From contig OX597823.1 in the NCBI GenBank assembly GCA_951406725.2, positions 65,844,001 to 65,908,000 of the forward strand: 64,000 bases of DNA, given 5' to 3'. A program made the translations under genes and the position numbers. Below, one piece after another: positions 37,491 through 51,911 of the stretch. Each line of letters starts with the position of its first letter. Positions within the stretch are counted from its first letter, which is position 1. The notes beneath the pieces are model-generated. The model was given only the letters and a program-made list of their open reading frames with translations, was not told where the DNA came from and did not search any database. This stretch comes from Octopus vulgaris (lineage: Eukaryota).

Positions 37491-39166
37491 TATTTTGTAT
37501 ATTTGTGTGTATACATATCTCTGCATTTCTGGCATTCCTGTATGTGTATATGCGTGTAACTTCATGTATGTCTGTATAAATGTGTCAAGAAATATGAAGT
37601 TTTATTGCTTACTTTACAGATAAAAATATGCTAATAATTAAATGTTAATTATTTCCATTCACATAATCAATTTCTATTCAAACTGTATATCAAGCGAAGA
37701 AAAAAAGTTGTTTTTAATGTTATAATGATATGTTTAAAAATAAAGAGCTTGAATTTTTCCCTTGTAATTATTGTCTGAATTAATGACATTCGCAGAAATA
37801 AACGTCAATAAATTTAAGACCTTATATATCTGGAAAGTGAATTTATATAAGGATGTCCAGGTCTTACATCTTATTCCAAGAAAACATATGTGAGGTATTA
37901 TACTTTTCTCAACCAACTTTAATCGATAATATATAATTTATATATTTTATGATTGTGACACCATTTCAAATATGATGTTTCTTTTGTATGCCATTGAAGA
38001 TATCAGCCGAAGTAATTCTGTTGCTCTTCATCGAAAAACAGTAAATGTACAAGTCCAATCTTTCATGCTATGTAAGATTATTTGGTTTGAAGGCTATCAT
38101 AGTGCCTACTAGTTTCATTAGATGCTTTACAGCATGTGGTCAATAAATACTGAGAATCTGACTTCAACAAGTCAAAAACATCAGCAAGAATACATCTATT
38201 ACAATTAGATTAATCACTGTTGCTCGGAGTGCATATTTACAATGCATAGTTTTATTATATTGCATTCCGTCATATAAGTTAATATTTGTGCAGAGAAAAA
38301 GAGAACTACGTTCATTGTTTCATACTATCTGTGATAGCCATGACTAAGCAGTTTTGTTCTACATTTTATATCGCGTAACAATACCTTGCAATAATTCATC
38401 AGAAAAATTCCAGTTTATAGAATGTAATGAAAGTAGCAACAAACCCACGATATTATGTACATATATAATATCCCTTAATTCCTTCATATCGGGAACAACT
38501 CCTTATACGTACGCATTACATACACTGCATGTATTGCTTCAAGGACCGTGAATCAGAAGATTGAAACTTTTGATGAAGTTAAATCATGGCATAATATTTG
38601 AGCGTTGCTTCAATATCCCAAATATTGCTTAAGGATACTGTCACTATATTTTCACAGACATTTGCATTTTCTTGTCCTAAGCAACTTCCAGAAGTCTGGT
38701 TACTGATTTTATATACGTTTCTGTGTTGTCTATTCTGAATTACCTTGAGAAGAATAGCAGAATGCAAACAACGTTCTGCGATTCGATGTATATGCAATAC
38801 AGATTTGTAATTTTATTATAAAAAGAAACACTTATACCCGTGATCGCATATACACATACATTCACACATACAGTAACTAAAAAATTCGTATGTTCATGCA
38901 GACATACACACATAACCTCACACACGCGCGCACACGTATATAAGCATGCCTTATATATGCTTATTTATATTTCTGTATGATTTCATAGATAGGTAGATTA
39001 GACAATACATTATTTCCTGAACCATATGTGAAATGCTTCAGAAAGTAGGAATTCACTAGACTGCTACTTCACTATGCAGAACTATCACCATCAGAAACAA
39101 CATGTAGAAAGTACAATTTTATATAGCATATGTACATCCTCCACCACAACATACATACATACATAC

Positions 39167-39283
<117 letters not shown>

Positions 39284-39424
39284 TTATATACGCATATATA
39301 CATATTTAACGACGGTGCATCAGCATGGCCGCAGCTCTGAGCTGAAACTAAAACTAAAAAAAATATGCTTTGGTACGTACTAGAGCGTATGTTTATTGAG
39401 TTCTAGCTATAGTTTACTAGCGTC

Positions 39425-39478
<54 letters not shown>

Positions 39479-40129
39479 CATACATACACATATACACATA
39501 TGTGTGTGTGCGTGTATGTGAGTGTGTGCATATGCGAATATACGTATATATGTGTGTGTCTGTGTGTATGCATATGTATTAAATTGGTATGGTGTCTAAG
39601 TGAATTAAATGTATTTCGACGCAAAGGTAGGAACGGAAAATTATATTATTATTTCTAACACAGTGATTTTGGCAAAGGATGTAATCATAAGCAGGAAACC
39701 AGAACGACCATGAACCCCAAAATGCAAATTTAATTAGAATATATAGCTTCATGATTAGAAACCAAGAACTTCAGATTTGCGAAAGTGGGTTAATAGATCA
39801 GATTCAAACTTTCAGTATATTATACTCACAATAAATACAGAGATGATTTACAAGACAAATTTTCTTTTATTGTTATGCATTACTATAATGTAATGTGACC
39901 TGCAGCATTTACGTACCATAAAAGAGGAATATATAAGAGTTTAGATGAAGTGAGAATGTACAATCTCTGAATATAACAAGCAATTTTCTTTTTTTAAATC
40001 AATATAAATTTCATGTGGACATATTTTATTTGGCCATTGGTTAGTGTTCAAACATTGTAATACGCGACAAAAGTAAGAACTTACCGTGCATATAGTTACT
40101 CGCGAAAATAAACATATAACCCTCTCTCA

Positions 40130-40390
40130 CAAGAATAAGAAGTAGAAGAAGAAGAAGAAGAAGAAGAAGAAGAAGAAGAAGAAGAAGAAGAAGAAGAAGA
40201 AGAAAAAGAAGATAGAGAAGAAGAAGAAGAAGAAGAAGAAGAAGAAGAAGAAGAAGAAGAAGAAGAAGAAGAAGAAGGAGGAGAAGAAGAAGAAGAAGAA
40301 GAAGAAGAAGAAGAAGGAGGAGGAGAAGAAGAAGAAGAAGAAGAAGAAGAAGAAGAAGAAGAAGAAGAAGAAGAAGAAGAAGAAGAAAGA
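40130..40390. repeat. Long (GAA)n polypurine tract
   Basis: Direct inspection, ~260 bp with few interruptions. Confidence 0.97.
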
Positions 40391-40559
40391 CGGGTGTGGC
40401 ATTATCCAGTAGTAGAAGTTGTCCATGGAATTTATTTTAATGTTCAAGTGGCCCGTTGTGGTCGTAGCAGCAGTAGTAGTAGGGACTGTTCTGAATAGAT
40501 TCGTGGGTAGCGGCTGTTCTAAAAATAGTAGTATCATCTGTGGTGGAAGCATTCATAAA

Positions 40560-41700
40560 TAGGCTTATAATTTGCGATAAAATATGATTTCTTTGCTGAT
40601 TATAGGTTACATTGTCCCTAAATTTATATATGGGAAAATTTCTAAAATTCTAAGGTTATGCTTTTCATTAGTGACGCAAATGATGATGAGTTCGCTTAAT
40701 GCTATTTTCCTGTATTCTCGTATTTTAATCTGGGATCTATATACGGTTATCCTCTGACGCGGACTGTTTATAGTTTGACCAATGTATTGAACTCGAAACC
40801 CTGAGCAAGTTAATACATACATCAAGTTTACCGAAGCACATGGTAAATCGTTTTTCACTGTAAAACTTTGACCCTGTTTGAAAGAGAACTCCGATCTCTC
40901 AATTAGGTTGACTCACATACAACAGTTAGGTCTTCCGCATTTTTTTTAATGTCGGTTTCGATGTTGTCGACGATTGTACTTCGGGTTGTGTTAGAATACT
41001 TTTGATTGACTTGGGATGACATTTGCTCTTTATGACGGTGTGCGTTAGAAGGATTTGATTAATTATGGTCCCTTTTTAGTAAAGGAATGTTCTGGAAGAT
41101 GGTGTCGAAGCTTCATTGTTTAGGGGGTTGTGTGTAGATATGCGTGGTGGTGGTTTTAATTGAAATTCATTCATTAGTTTGGGATGTCTGAGTTCGTGGA
41201 TGTCGAGTTAGTTACATATCAATTAGGGATAGTAGGTGTTCCTTCTGACGTGTATATCCTTCACCTCATGTAGTCGTTTGTCCCTGGTGCTTGTATCAGA
41301 TGCTATAGTGCTAATATTTTTGGCTAGGTAGAATGTGACATTCATTCTAGCGAGTCTGGAGTGGCAAGAGTTGAACGGTAGACATTGCTTGGAGTCCATG
41401 GGTTTATAGTATGTGTCTCTAGTTCTATTTTGCTGTTGGATGTCTTAAGGATGTCGAGGGATGGAAGTTGTTTGCTATATTCCAATGTAAATTGAATGTT
41501 TATGTCAAGTCCATTTAGAAATGCTTGAAATTCTTGCAGTCTCTCTTTACTTTAATAACAAAGAATAAAGCAGTCGTCTAGATATCGCTTCCAGTTATTT
41601 TCCACGTAAAGGGAGAACAAGTCTCCGATTCCATCTAGTAATTTACGATAAAGAGAGATTTCTAGGTGCCACATGACTTGGTTAGGAAAGGAAGAGGGCA
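40560..41700 (-). mobile_element. Degraded Penelope-like retroelement, RT (YLDD) plus thumb, Cys linker and C-terminal GIY-YIG
   Basis: NWKRYLDDCFIL (ORF 41552-41758); YKPMDSKQCLPFNSCH; CGRPNC; CASVNLMYVLTCSGFRVQYIGQT...RQRITVYRSQI (ORF 40607-40858). Confidence 0.85.
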
Positions 41701-42003
41701 ATCTTTTCCCCAGTTTAATTATTTTTTTCTTCTGAATTAATATGCAGCTTTGTTTCACTCTTAGTTGAAAAAGTTAAAATGGCAGAAACCGGCACTAACC
41801 ATTACAAAATGTATTTCATAACGAAATTAATTTAGCATTTTGTGCCTTTTCATATTTTCCTTATACATATCAACTCGTGTGTCATTTTTCAACATTTCAC
41901 ACACACACACACACACACATACACAGACACACACACAGACACACACACACACATATACATATATATATATGATTTCATCCACATGCACACAGAAACGTTG
42001 TCA

Positions 42004-42041
<38 letters not shown>

Positions 42042-42048
<7 letters not shown>

Positions 42049-42592
42049 AAATTCCCTGTTACCCAGATCATATTTCACTTTGGGTGAAAACCTTATTATA
42101 CTAGAATAACTAACTGCAGGATGTGTCACCACGAACAAGCTTATTTCATCTTACCTCTATTGATAAAATTATTTCTATAAAATTCATACAACGTGTAATG
42201 AAACAAAACGTATTAGGTATCATAATATGGAATCAAATATAATGTAATGACTGACAAGGAAATTACAATAACATAAATATACATACACACACACACACAC
42301 ACATATGTATGTATGTATATTTATGTTATTGCGTTTTCCTTGTCAGACATTACATTATATTTGGTTCCATATTATGATACATAATACCGTTTGTTTCATT
42401 ACACGTTTTATGTATTTTATATAAAAATAATTTTATCAATTCAGCTAAGATGAAATAAGTTTGTTCGTGGTGACACATCCTCCAGTTAGTTATCCTAGTA
42501 TAACAAGATTTCCACCCAAAATTGACATTTCCTGATTTATTTGGTTGTTGTCGTTGGGGTTTATGATCTGGGTAACGACGAATTTCTGTTAT
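42042..42592. repeat. Diverged fold-back (~245 bp arms) with microsatellite centre, bounded by (TA)n
   Basis: 42042-42285 vs 42312-42592, e.g. ggatgtgtcaccacgaacaagcttatttcatctta / taagatgaaataagtttgttcgtggtgacacatcc; right arm has ~35 extra bp. Confidence 0.85.
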
Positions 42593-42667
42593 ATACATAT
42601 ATATATATATACATACAAATATATGTATGTATATATAGATATATATATATATATATATATACATATG

Positions 42668-42705
<38 letters not shown>

Positions 42706-42955
42706 TATACATATATGTATATATATACACATATGCATATAAATATATATGAATACGTATATATATATATACATATACGTGAATATACATATATATACAT
42801 ATATATGTATGTATGTATATATATATATATATACGTTCATATATATACATATATATACATACATACATATATACATATATACATATACATATATATATAT
42901 ATATACATATATACATATACATATATACATATATACATATATATATATACATATA

Positions 42956-42998
<43 letters not shown>

Positions 42999-43015
42999 TT
43001 ACATATATATATATA
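42593..43015. repeat. Long degenerate (TA/CA) microsatellite field
   Basis: Direct inspection. Confidence 0.9.
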
Positions 43016-43717
43016 ATGGTGACGACACCTCTGTTTGCAAGTGGAGGAATGAAATCATATTCCCGACACATTCTTCTAAATTGCGTATATTATTTTCATG
43101 TATATGCGTGAAATCGATATTTTATGATGTTAGGCTACATATTGCCTTATCTCGTATATACTTATACATGTACATACATCTATTCATCCATCCACGCATA
43201 CATACATACGTATGTATGTGTGTGTATATGTGTGTATAACTTGACAATTCGTCTACTTATATTAGTGCATCGTAGAATGTCAGTCAATAGGGCTTTTTGG
43301 TCTCTGAATATAGTTTGTAAATATAAACAGATATCTGTTTTGACAGCATGTCGTTTTCTGGCGTTCCTGCTATGTGTAAACAGATATATATGTGAGTATA
43401 ATTTCCTTATACTCACAGGTACATACACCAATCCACACAAACGTACACAGACACAGACACACGCATACACACTCATACACACGCATATATTCACGTACAT
43501 ACATAGAGATGTGTGTCTCTGTAAATATATAAAGGAATAGAAAGAGACAGAGATAGAGGGAGAGAGAGAGAGATAGAAACGAATATAGGTATATACGTAG
43601 AGACAACCCTACATCTAATTATTTTGTAGACTTTTATATCTACTTATACACACACACCTATATAAATATATGCATACACGTGAATCACACGCAGACATAT
43701 AGGCACACTAACACATA

Positions 43718-43757
<40 letters not shown>

Positions 43758-46444
43758 GATAGATATGCGTATTTAGATATACGTATGTATATTATATATA
43801 TACACACACGTATTTAAAGAAGTTTATAGACATATATCAATATGCATACACGCTCACACACCCACACGAGCGCACACACATACACGCACGCACACGCACT
43901 CACATACACACACATACACTCACACGCAAATACAAACGTACACACTAATATGTATGTGTGTTTTTACACATTTTATAAAAATATTTTGATTTATTACTGA
44001 TTTTCTGCAGCTTGTTTTTAACAACAAATATAACCACTGAGATTTGAGATTTAGACTCCATTCTGTCTGGAGTAGATATAGTGTGCATTAAATCATATAA
44101 TTGGTAATATGTGACGATAGTCACTAGAGAAACGATATTTCAGTGAAATGATTCATCAAATATTTCTGTTTATTTCACGGCAACGGCCCATTACCACGCA
44201 ACATATACACTTTTTCTTTTATGGTCTAAATAAACGTAAATGTATAAATTTGCCTTTAGGCTATTGTGTAGTTTTGTTATATTTAAAACTAAAATACTTT
44301 CCAATAAGCAGTGTTTTTTTCTCATTTCTTTCTGATGTTTAATATTTTTTTTTCCTTTAATCCTCAGTGAAAAGTGTGTTTATTATGCCCCAAATTCACG
44401 CTGGGAGTCTAACTTTAGAATGTTTGAGGACTCTGATGGTTTTCGCCAACACAAAGTATAATGTAAATATCGCAATTTATCATTTCTATAGTTCTGCAGC
44501 CTTCAATATATGTCACATAGTTGTGCATTTTAACGCATGTTGGAGGGAAGCATGGAACCTTAACATTAATAAGTCAAAGTTTTGCATATTTTATCAGTAT
44601 TTGATTTTTTTACGTTAGAAGTAGGTATCTAAATACTGCAAGTTATTTGAGCAGTGATATTCCCTCTTGATCCAAATTCGTTTCTTCGACCAAAAATTAT
44701 TTCTGTTGGTCAGACAATACTCCAATTTACTCTAAGCGGCCTTTGTATATTTATCACAACAAAGAGTCATTTGTGTCGAATATTAATATTGCATATACAG
44801 CTTAGAGTGTAAAATATTATATGATATTTAATAGCATTCAGAATCCTGAGAAACTGTTGCTGGTCTTCATCAGCAATATTCATCAGTAAAAATTTTCAAG
44901 AAGCAAAATAATTGAGTAAGTTTATTTCCCTTGTGGAAAAAAGATATCCTAAAGTTCATACACATGTCTTAACGCGCTTTTAGAAAAGTACGAGCGCGTA
45001 ATGTAAGGTTACGAGTGATATGGAAAGGTTGTTGCGTGGAATGTGGTTAATGTGGAAGGTAAAAACAATGTAATATAGTCAAAGTGTGAAAACCTGCGTA
45101 GTATGTTAGGTCGGTGAGTTAAAGGAATGATATTTAGAAATGAACAAAAGGAAATACGCAAATTAACAAAACACAAAAGAGGAACAGGGAAAGTGAATGA
45201 ATTGATAATGAGAGATAAATAATTTACAGCATGTGCGGAAAGTAGTGAAAGGATATTCAATGAATTCACCTAGTGCTCAGAATTGTTTCCATATGAATTT
45301 CAAGAGAAACGAAGCAGAGAAGTTTCAGTCTTTGGAGATAGTTGAAAAGAGTGTATAGAAGTATGGGCGAGTGAGGTAAGTTGGTGGAATTTAAAATACA
45401 AGACTATATTGCAATTATTCAACTATATTGAATAAGTGTAATAATTATAAGTACGATGACATAATATCCGCTTACATATACAGAGTTTATATACACATAA
45501 AACGTATATGGACGTATAGATACAAGCCCATATACATATATACATGCGTACATGCATAATTATATACATACATACACAACAACAGGCACATATATAGACA
45601 TACGCACACACACAGAGGAAGTATAACTCGAACAAAAACATGGGTAAAAGAAGAGATAGAGTTCTGAGCCAATTAAATTCTCTACAAGAACTGCCCCAAC
45701 TGTCTTTTGGTTTCTGGACTACACTTTCATAAGAACAGAGTAGAAACAACTCAAATTACTTTGATACACTACTGTCACTTGATATATAAACCTGGCAATA
45801 AATATAGAGTTATCCATGTCATGCTAGCAATACAGACGGTAAAATGACTCGTTGGTTTTATGTGTTGATAATCAAAACATAGATCAGACACAACGCTTAG
45901 ATTACACAGGACGCACACATAGTATTACACAGACTGAGTCTCAACAGAAGGCATGAATGGAACGATATCACCCCTCCACTACACTGCACAAGATGGCGAC
46001 TAAACAAAATAAAGAGCAGGAAAAGAGGTGAATACAAACCGTATAATAAATAGACCCATATACAAACACACAAGACACAAAAATACTTAAGACAGAATGA
46101 GATAATTAAAGAAATAAGTAAATAAACGAGTAAAATGTTAAAAAGGCACTAAAATGTAAAAGAGAAGGGTAGCAGTGTAGTAAGCAAACCCAAGTACACG
46201 CACAAGAAATATACTTTACATATGGACAAGCACACCTACACCTACAGCTATACACACAGATACAGATGGAAACGCACACGCATATAAGAATACACACCAC
46301 AGAAACACTGAATGGACTAAACAGAACAAAAGGAAACAGGTGGGGAGAAGAAGTTATTGAAGAGACCACAGGATGTGTGATGGAACATTTCAGACAAAGA
46401 ACACTAAACTAATAATAACAATAACAACAACCACTGATGCCGTA

Positions 46445-47045
46445 CCATTGTCCTGATGCAGTATACTTGCCCTGATGCAGTACCCGGCACTGGCTCTTGT
46501 GGCTTTGATCTTAACTGATTGGAAGTGTTATCATGTACATTGTTTTGTCTTGGTATAAAAGATGGGCTACAGCAAATATTCTGCTCAATAACACAGATGT
46601 GCTTGTCAGTTGTTTGACCTTAACCAGTTGAGCATGTCCCTTAGTGGTTGACAATATGTGCATCTCTAATCAAAAGCAGAAGTAATGGGGGAGCATTATA
46701 GCCATGTGTTGACAGGGGTTCTTTAGGGTTTGAATAATTCACCTCTGGAAACATGGGTGGTTCGTTCAACATATTTAAACAACCCTTATTCAGAGACCTT
46801 TTGAGCGGGATGGGCTACTCGACCAGAAGAAAATTCTAACTGTTCCCCACCTGCAAGTTCATGTGCTGTTTATCTTGATATGAGATCACCATGTTGCGCA
46901 CATATGGTTGTGATGCATGTGCCTGGTGTACCCTTATCAGACGGGTAGTCATGATTGGTATACTGAGCTTCGTATATTTTACCCAAGTTTCACTTCGATG
47001 GCATGCACTGCTCTCTCACGCAATAATAATAATAATAATAATAAT
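46445..47045 (+). mobile_element. Interspersed repeat ending in an (AAT)n tail, probable non-LTR retrotransposon 3' UTR
   Basis: Higher-GC non-coding block ending ...gcactgctctctcacgc(aat)n; recognised from memory as a common octopus repeat, single copy here. Confidence 0.5.
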
Positions 47046-47123
<78 letters not shown>

Positions 47124-47139
47124 GGTGGTGGTGGTGGTG

Positions 47140-47183
<44 letters not shown>

Positions 47184-47196
47184 TATTGTAGTAGTA
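47022..47196. repeat. Compound trinucleotide array (AAT)(CAG)(TAG)(TGG)(TAG)
   Basis: Direct inspection; units change by single-base steps. Confidence 0.95.
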
Positions 47197-49425
47197 AAAA
47201 TGTGAAGAACCAGTATATAGTGCGGGTGTCTATTTTGCAAAGAAAATGGACATCCACAAATATAACTATATCTGTTTCAATACAGACGATTTCACATTAT
47301 TAACCTTATATATATATATAAACACAACATGGAATTGGTTAAACGATATATTATTTCATAGAACATATTCAAAACACATGTTCATTATTAGACGTATATT
47401 GTTGCAACATGAGAGTTGAAGTAATATATGATATTGCTAACCAGAATGATGAACAGAGACAAGGTGTATTTGCTAGTAAGTTACATATCTATAATCGATG
47501 ATATAATCTATTCAGTTTACTTGGTCCTGTACTTGAATTTACTTTATTCGACCTCGTAAAGCAGAGCATTATATATGTCGCATCAAGGAGATTTAAGGTT
47601 TAAAGCATTTCTAATTTTTTTTAATATGTACATATACTAATAAACCTGTCACTCTTCATCCTCACTATACCACTTTCTCTTCCCCTCCTGTTACTACCTT
47701 CCTTCTGTTTCTATTCCTCTGTTTTTTTGCGTTCTTTCATTCTCTCTCTCTCACCCCCCCTCTCTCCCTCTCTCTCTCTTGCTTCACATGTCATGCATAC
47801 AGGCCTTGACGATCATGAATTTCTCTACTAAAGTCTGAAAATTCATAATCTTTCTTGGGAAACATAAATCATTGGTTTCACATTGTTTTCCGTTGGTTTA
47901 TTTAATTATTTGCTCGGCCAGATTTCTGCTACCGTGAAAGTATCCTTCAGGCATACGGTCATATTCTAACCTTACACATGGAACAGGTTTGCGCGATATT
48001 AAAATGTGTACAGAAGTGGTAGGTCTGCATATCTTATGTCTAGAATCCAAACCTTTAGCGAGTTCTGTAAGACTTGGTATCAAGGCCATTACTAGGGCCC
48101 TTAACAGGTACTACCAGCTCGGTCCATATTGGAAGACTGGTGTGTATGAGGTAACTCTACACTCTCACATGTCCGAACTATAGAACTGGATGTAGTTTAA
48201 TGTCTTTGCGCAGGCATTTCAATAGATAATTGTAAATAGCGTAGGTTTAGTTTAAATTGCAGCGCGGACCGATGCAGTCATTCATAAATCACAACAAAAA
48301 TGGCTGAAAGTTATCAGTAAACCACAAGAGCTTAAATTGTCATAAAGTAACAGGAACACAAATAGTTAGCAGAAACGCTTCCTTCTTATAACAGTCGCCA
48401 TTGAAGTCTTTTTATCTGCATTCTACATATCACATTATTCTGCTTAGTAAAATAAAGGGCGTAGTGAATTTAGCTTTCAATATAAAAGGCTGCAATCCTC
48501 AGAAATATAATGGATTTCTGAACAACGGTCCTTGCGTAATTTATTGTAAAACTAGTCGTAGACAGATGATGAGAGTTTCGCTGTGAGGAGTGCTGTAAGG
48601 CAAAACCTATATTAATTATTTTAACATTAATAAAGATATTATTTATATTATTTACATTTGACGATTCAATAGTAAGTATATTTAAGATGTTTCATTATGT
48701 GATACCATTTCTACCATTAAACACGGGCAAAAATCACCACCGTGGTGATTATCAAACATGTGGCGCACCATAAAATACGAGAAACGGTAGAGAACATCGG
48801 AGAAGGAAATTGTTGTTATGAAGTTAAATGAATCCGAAATCGGTTATCGGTTTTCCATAGTAATTTGCAATTGCTTGCAGCGGTATAGAATATTAATTAG
48901 CTCCTACTGATTATTCAGTACAGCGATCGACTTTTACAAAAGTTCCAATCGATATTTAACGAAAACACGTAAATGAAGAATTTGGCGATTTGGTGAGGAA
49001 CATGAGGAGTTCATTGTGTTTGTTCAAGTGTGCCAATGACACAGTATAGGGAAATAAAATGACTAATGCGGTGTTTACTTCATCAAATATGTTAACACTA
49101 ACTAAAGTGATATTTTAATTCATTTCCTAATAACATAATCAATAATTTATTTACTATAAATAAACCAACAAAATGTGATTCTACTTTCATTAAATATTTT
49201 AACATTAATTTAAATATTGTTTGTATTTCATGTGTATGGCTTTTCTCAATTATCTAAACAATTACAGAATTTCGTTCATCTGCATTTAATCGGAGAATGC
49301 TGGATCAATTTATTTGCAAGTATGGTGTACTCGGTTCTTCTCCGACCTATTCATAAAGGCGAAATAGGTCCGGACTTGCCACCCGTATTCGCGGAAATCA
49401 TTAAAATTATGTTACTCAATATGTA

Positions 49426-49547
<122 letters not shown>

Positions 49548-49619
49548 TCTCCTCTCATAACTGTTACAAATTGTCTTTTCTAATGTCTGGTACCTGAAAT
49601 AGCTAAACATTATTTTCCG

Positions 49620-50430
49620 TTTAGCTCAAGCTACCTGAAACACATCAAGAGGAATATCCCCTTTAATTTAGCAAAAAGGATTTGCACAATAATGTGTAAT
49701 GCAAATACTCGGGACCTCCCTCTTCAAGACCTCATAGCAACAGTAACTGGGAGACAATATCCACCATCACTTATAGACGGTTGCATTAAGCGTGCCAAGA
49801 AATTAAGCATTAAATCCCTAAGAGAAACAAAGTGTAACTCCACACCACATCTCAAAACACTACCATATATATCAACACACAGGCCTAGAAACAATGAACC
49901 ATACAACACTATTGTACAAAATTTACCTATGCACACCAGAAATCTAAAAATGAAGAACATACTGAAAACATAAATTTATCAAATGCAAAAAGCAGCACAA
50001 ATCGCTGTTACACAACAACCACGAAACCAATGTTTAAAAATGTGGAGGTCTAAACTTTGGAACATTCCCCAGCCTAAAAGAAGGCTCGGAATACCTATTT
50101 AAAAGAGATAGGTTTGCAATTAAATACAACTTCGCTTGTGCCTCCGAGAATCTAATTTATGTTACACATTGTTCAGTTTCTGAACGTAACTATATAGGAC
50201 AGATAAGTATAGCTTTAGACGGAGAACCGCCCTACATAAGGGACAAATCCGTTCACAACAGTAAAGACAGATTCCTTCAAGTGAGCACGTAGGTGTGCAT
50301 GCAATATCCAAACAAACATCAGTTTTCCACATATATCAGTGCAAAGGAAAAATATATATGTACAAGAACGCATAAAGAGAATTCATTTATCGAAAAATAC
50401 AGAACGCACCTAAATATGAACGCATAAACG
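49620..50430 (+). mobile_element. Degraded 5'-truncated Penelope-like retroelement (thumb, linker, GIY-YIG)
   Basis: KHIKRNIPFNLAKRICTI...RQYPPSLID...LPYISTHRPRN (ORF 49692-49973 and upstream), then CASENLIYVTHCSVSERNYIGQ; homologous to 40560-41400. Confidence 0.85.
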
Positions 50431-50804
50431 AGTTTGATCTCATTTATATATTTTAATTCATGTTCACAGGCACATGTTCACAGACACATCACATATTTCA
50501 TCTCACTATTTTAGCTTCTGAGTTTTTGTATATTTATTTATCCCCTCCCCCAAAATGAGCAATCATCTCTCCTCTCCCGAATAATAAAGATCACCAATTA
50601 CCTGCTTTTTAGATTTTTTACCTGTTGATTTATATCATTCACAAGCCCCTATACAAAACATGACCTAAGATCATTTTAGGAAAATGCTAAATTACAAAAA
50701 TTTCAACTCTATAATTAGTGTAAGCAAAACCGGTCGACAAACACAATACGCTTTCCCTTATAAAACAAATTTTAGAATATATTAACACTTTGTGGGTTTT
50801 CTAC

Positions 50805-50848
<44 letters not shown>

Positions 50849-51063
50849 CTTTTGTATTACATATCACCACGTAGAGATAATCGAAATTATTCTCCCTATT
50901 TCTTTATATATATATATATGGAGAGAGAGATAGAGAGGTAGATAGATAGATAGGAAGGAAGGAAACAAATTATCGCCACTATTTGTAATTGAAGGCGCTG
51001 AATAGCACCTGTATTGCAAGGAATAAGAGATGACGGACCCATCAGCAAAGCTAGGAAGACTGG

Positions 51064-51105
51064 ACTAGAACAGTTTCGTCAATGACGTGCAGACTTGTCA
51101 GTAGT
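51064..51105 (-). ncRNA. Decayed minimal hammerhead
   Basis: acta-CTGACAA-gtc...gac-GAAA-ctg-TTC-tagt; helices I and II pair, but core G8 and helix III are mutated. Confidence 0.4.
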
Positions 51106-51151
51106 GTCTACTCCATTGCTCGGATGGTTTGGCTATATATAGGTTACGTTT

Positions 51152-51207
<56 letters not shown>

Positions 51208-51459
51208 ATATATATTCCCCCGTCTTCCCTTCTATTGGAATTTCCTCTGTTTCCGAAGAAGAGCGTCTGCTAATATTTTACATGTACCACGTCCTCGTCT
51301 TGTGTTTTTTTGGGAGGATGGTGGGTAATCATGTGTTGAAACAGATACTGTCATTTTCGGAGATGGTCATTTGGCATTTTTCCTTTCGCAAATAACCACA
51401 CGCACTGTATATGTTGACATTATTGTACAACATATTTTTAAGAGAAAAAAAAAACATAG

Positions 51460-51812
51460 TTAAATATGAAAAAAGTGCTTGGGCGGGGTGATACATAACC
51501 TGTGCACATACAAGGATAATTTTAAAATTTAATTTAATAAATGCTTTCTCAGACGAATTCATATTCCAACCAGATCACATTAAGCGTTAATGTTTAACAA
51601 AAAAAAAAACATTTTGATTCACCCTTCCGCCAGTGTTGGCGATAATCAAACCAAACTTTAATGATTTGGAGCCATCTGCCTATTGAGAATTTCTGCCTAA
51701 TTTGGTGAAAATCCGTTCAACCGTTTACTAGTCATTTTGCCACCAGACAGACAAACATACGCTGACGAGCAACGACATTAACCGTGCTCCCCTTATGCAC
51801 GCAGGGTTAATG
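51460..51812 (+). mobile_element. Possible non-autonomous Helentron/DINE-like element
   Basis: aatttggtgaaaatccgttcaaccgttt, short cagacagacaaaca repeat and terminal hairpin attaacc-gtgc...gcac...ggttaat resemble such 3' ends; boundaries uncertain. Confidence 0.3.
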
Positions 51813-51877
51813 GGCAAGGGATTCTCAAAAAAAGTTCAGCAAACAAATCAGATATATTTCTCTAATATACATGTGCG

Positions 51878-51911
<34 letters not shown>

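Noticed and set aside
51249-51285. ccgaagaagagcgtctgct as a hammerhead 5' half
   Set aside because: GAAA and the cleavage side are missing; cannot be supported from this copy
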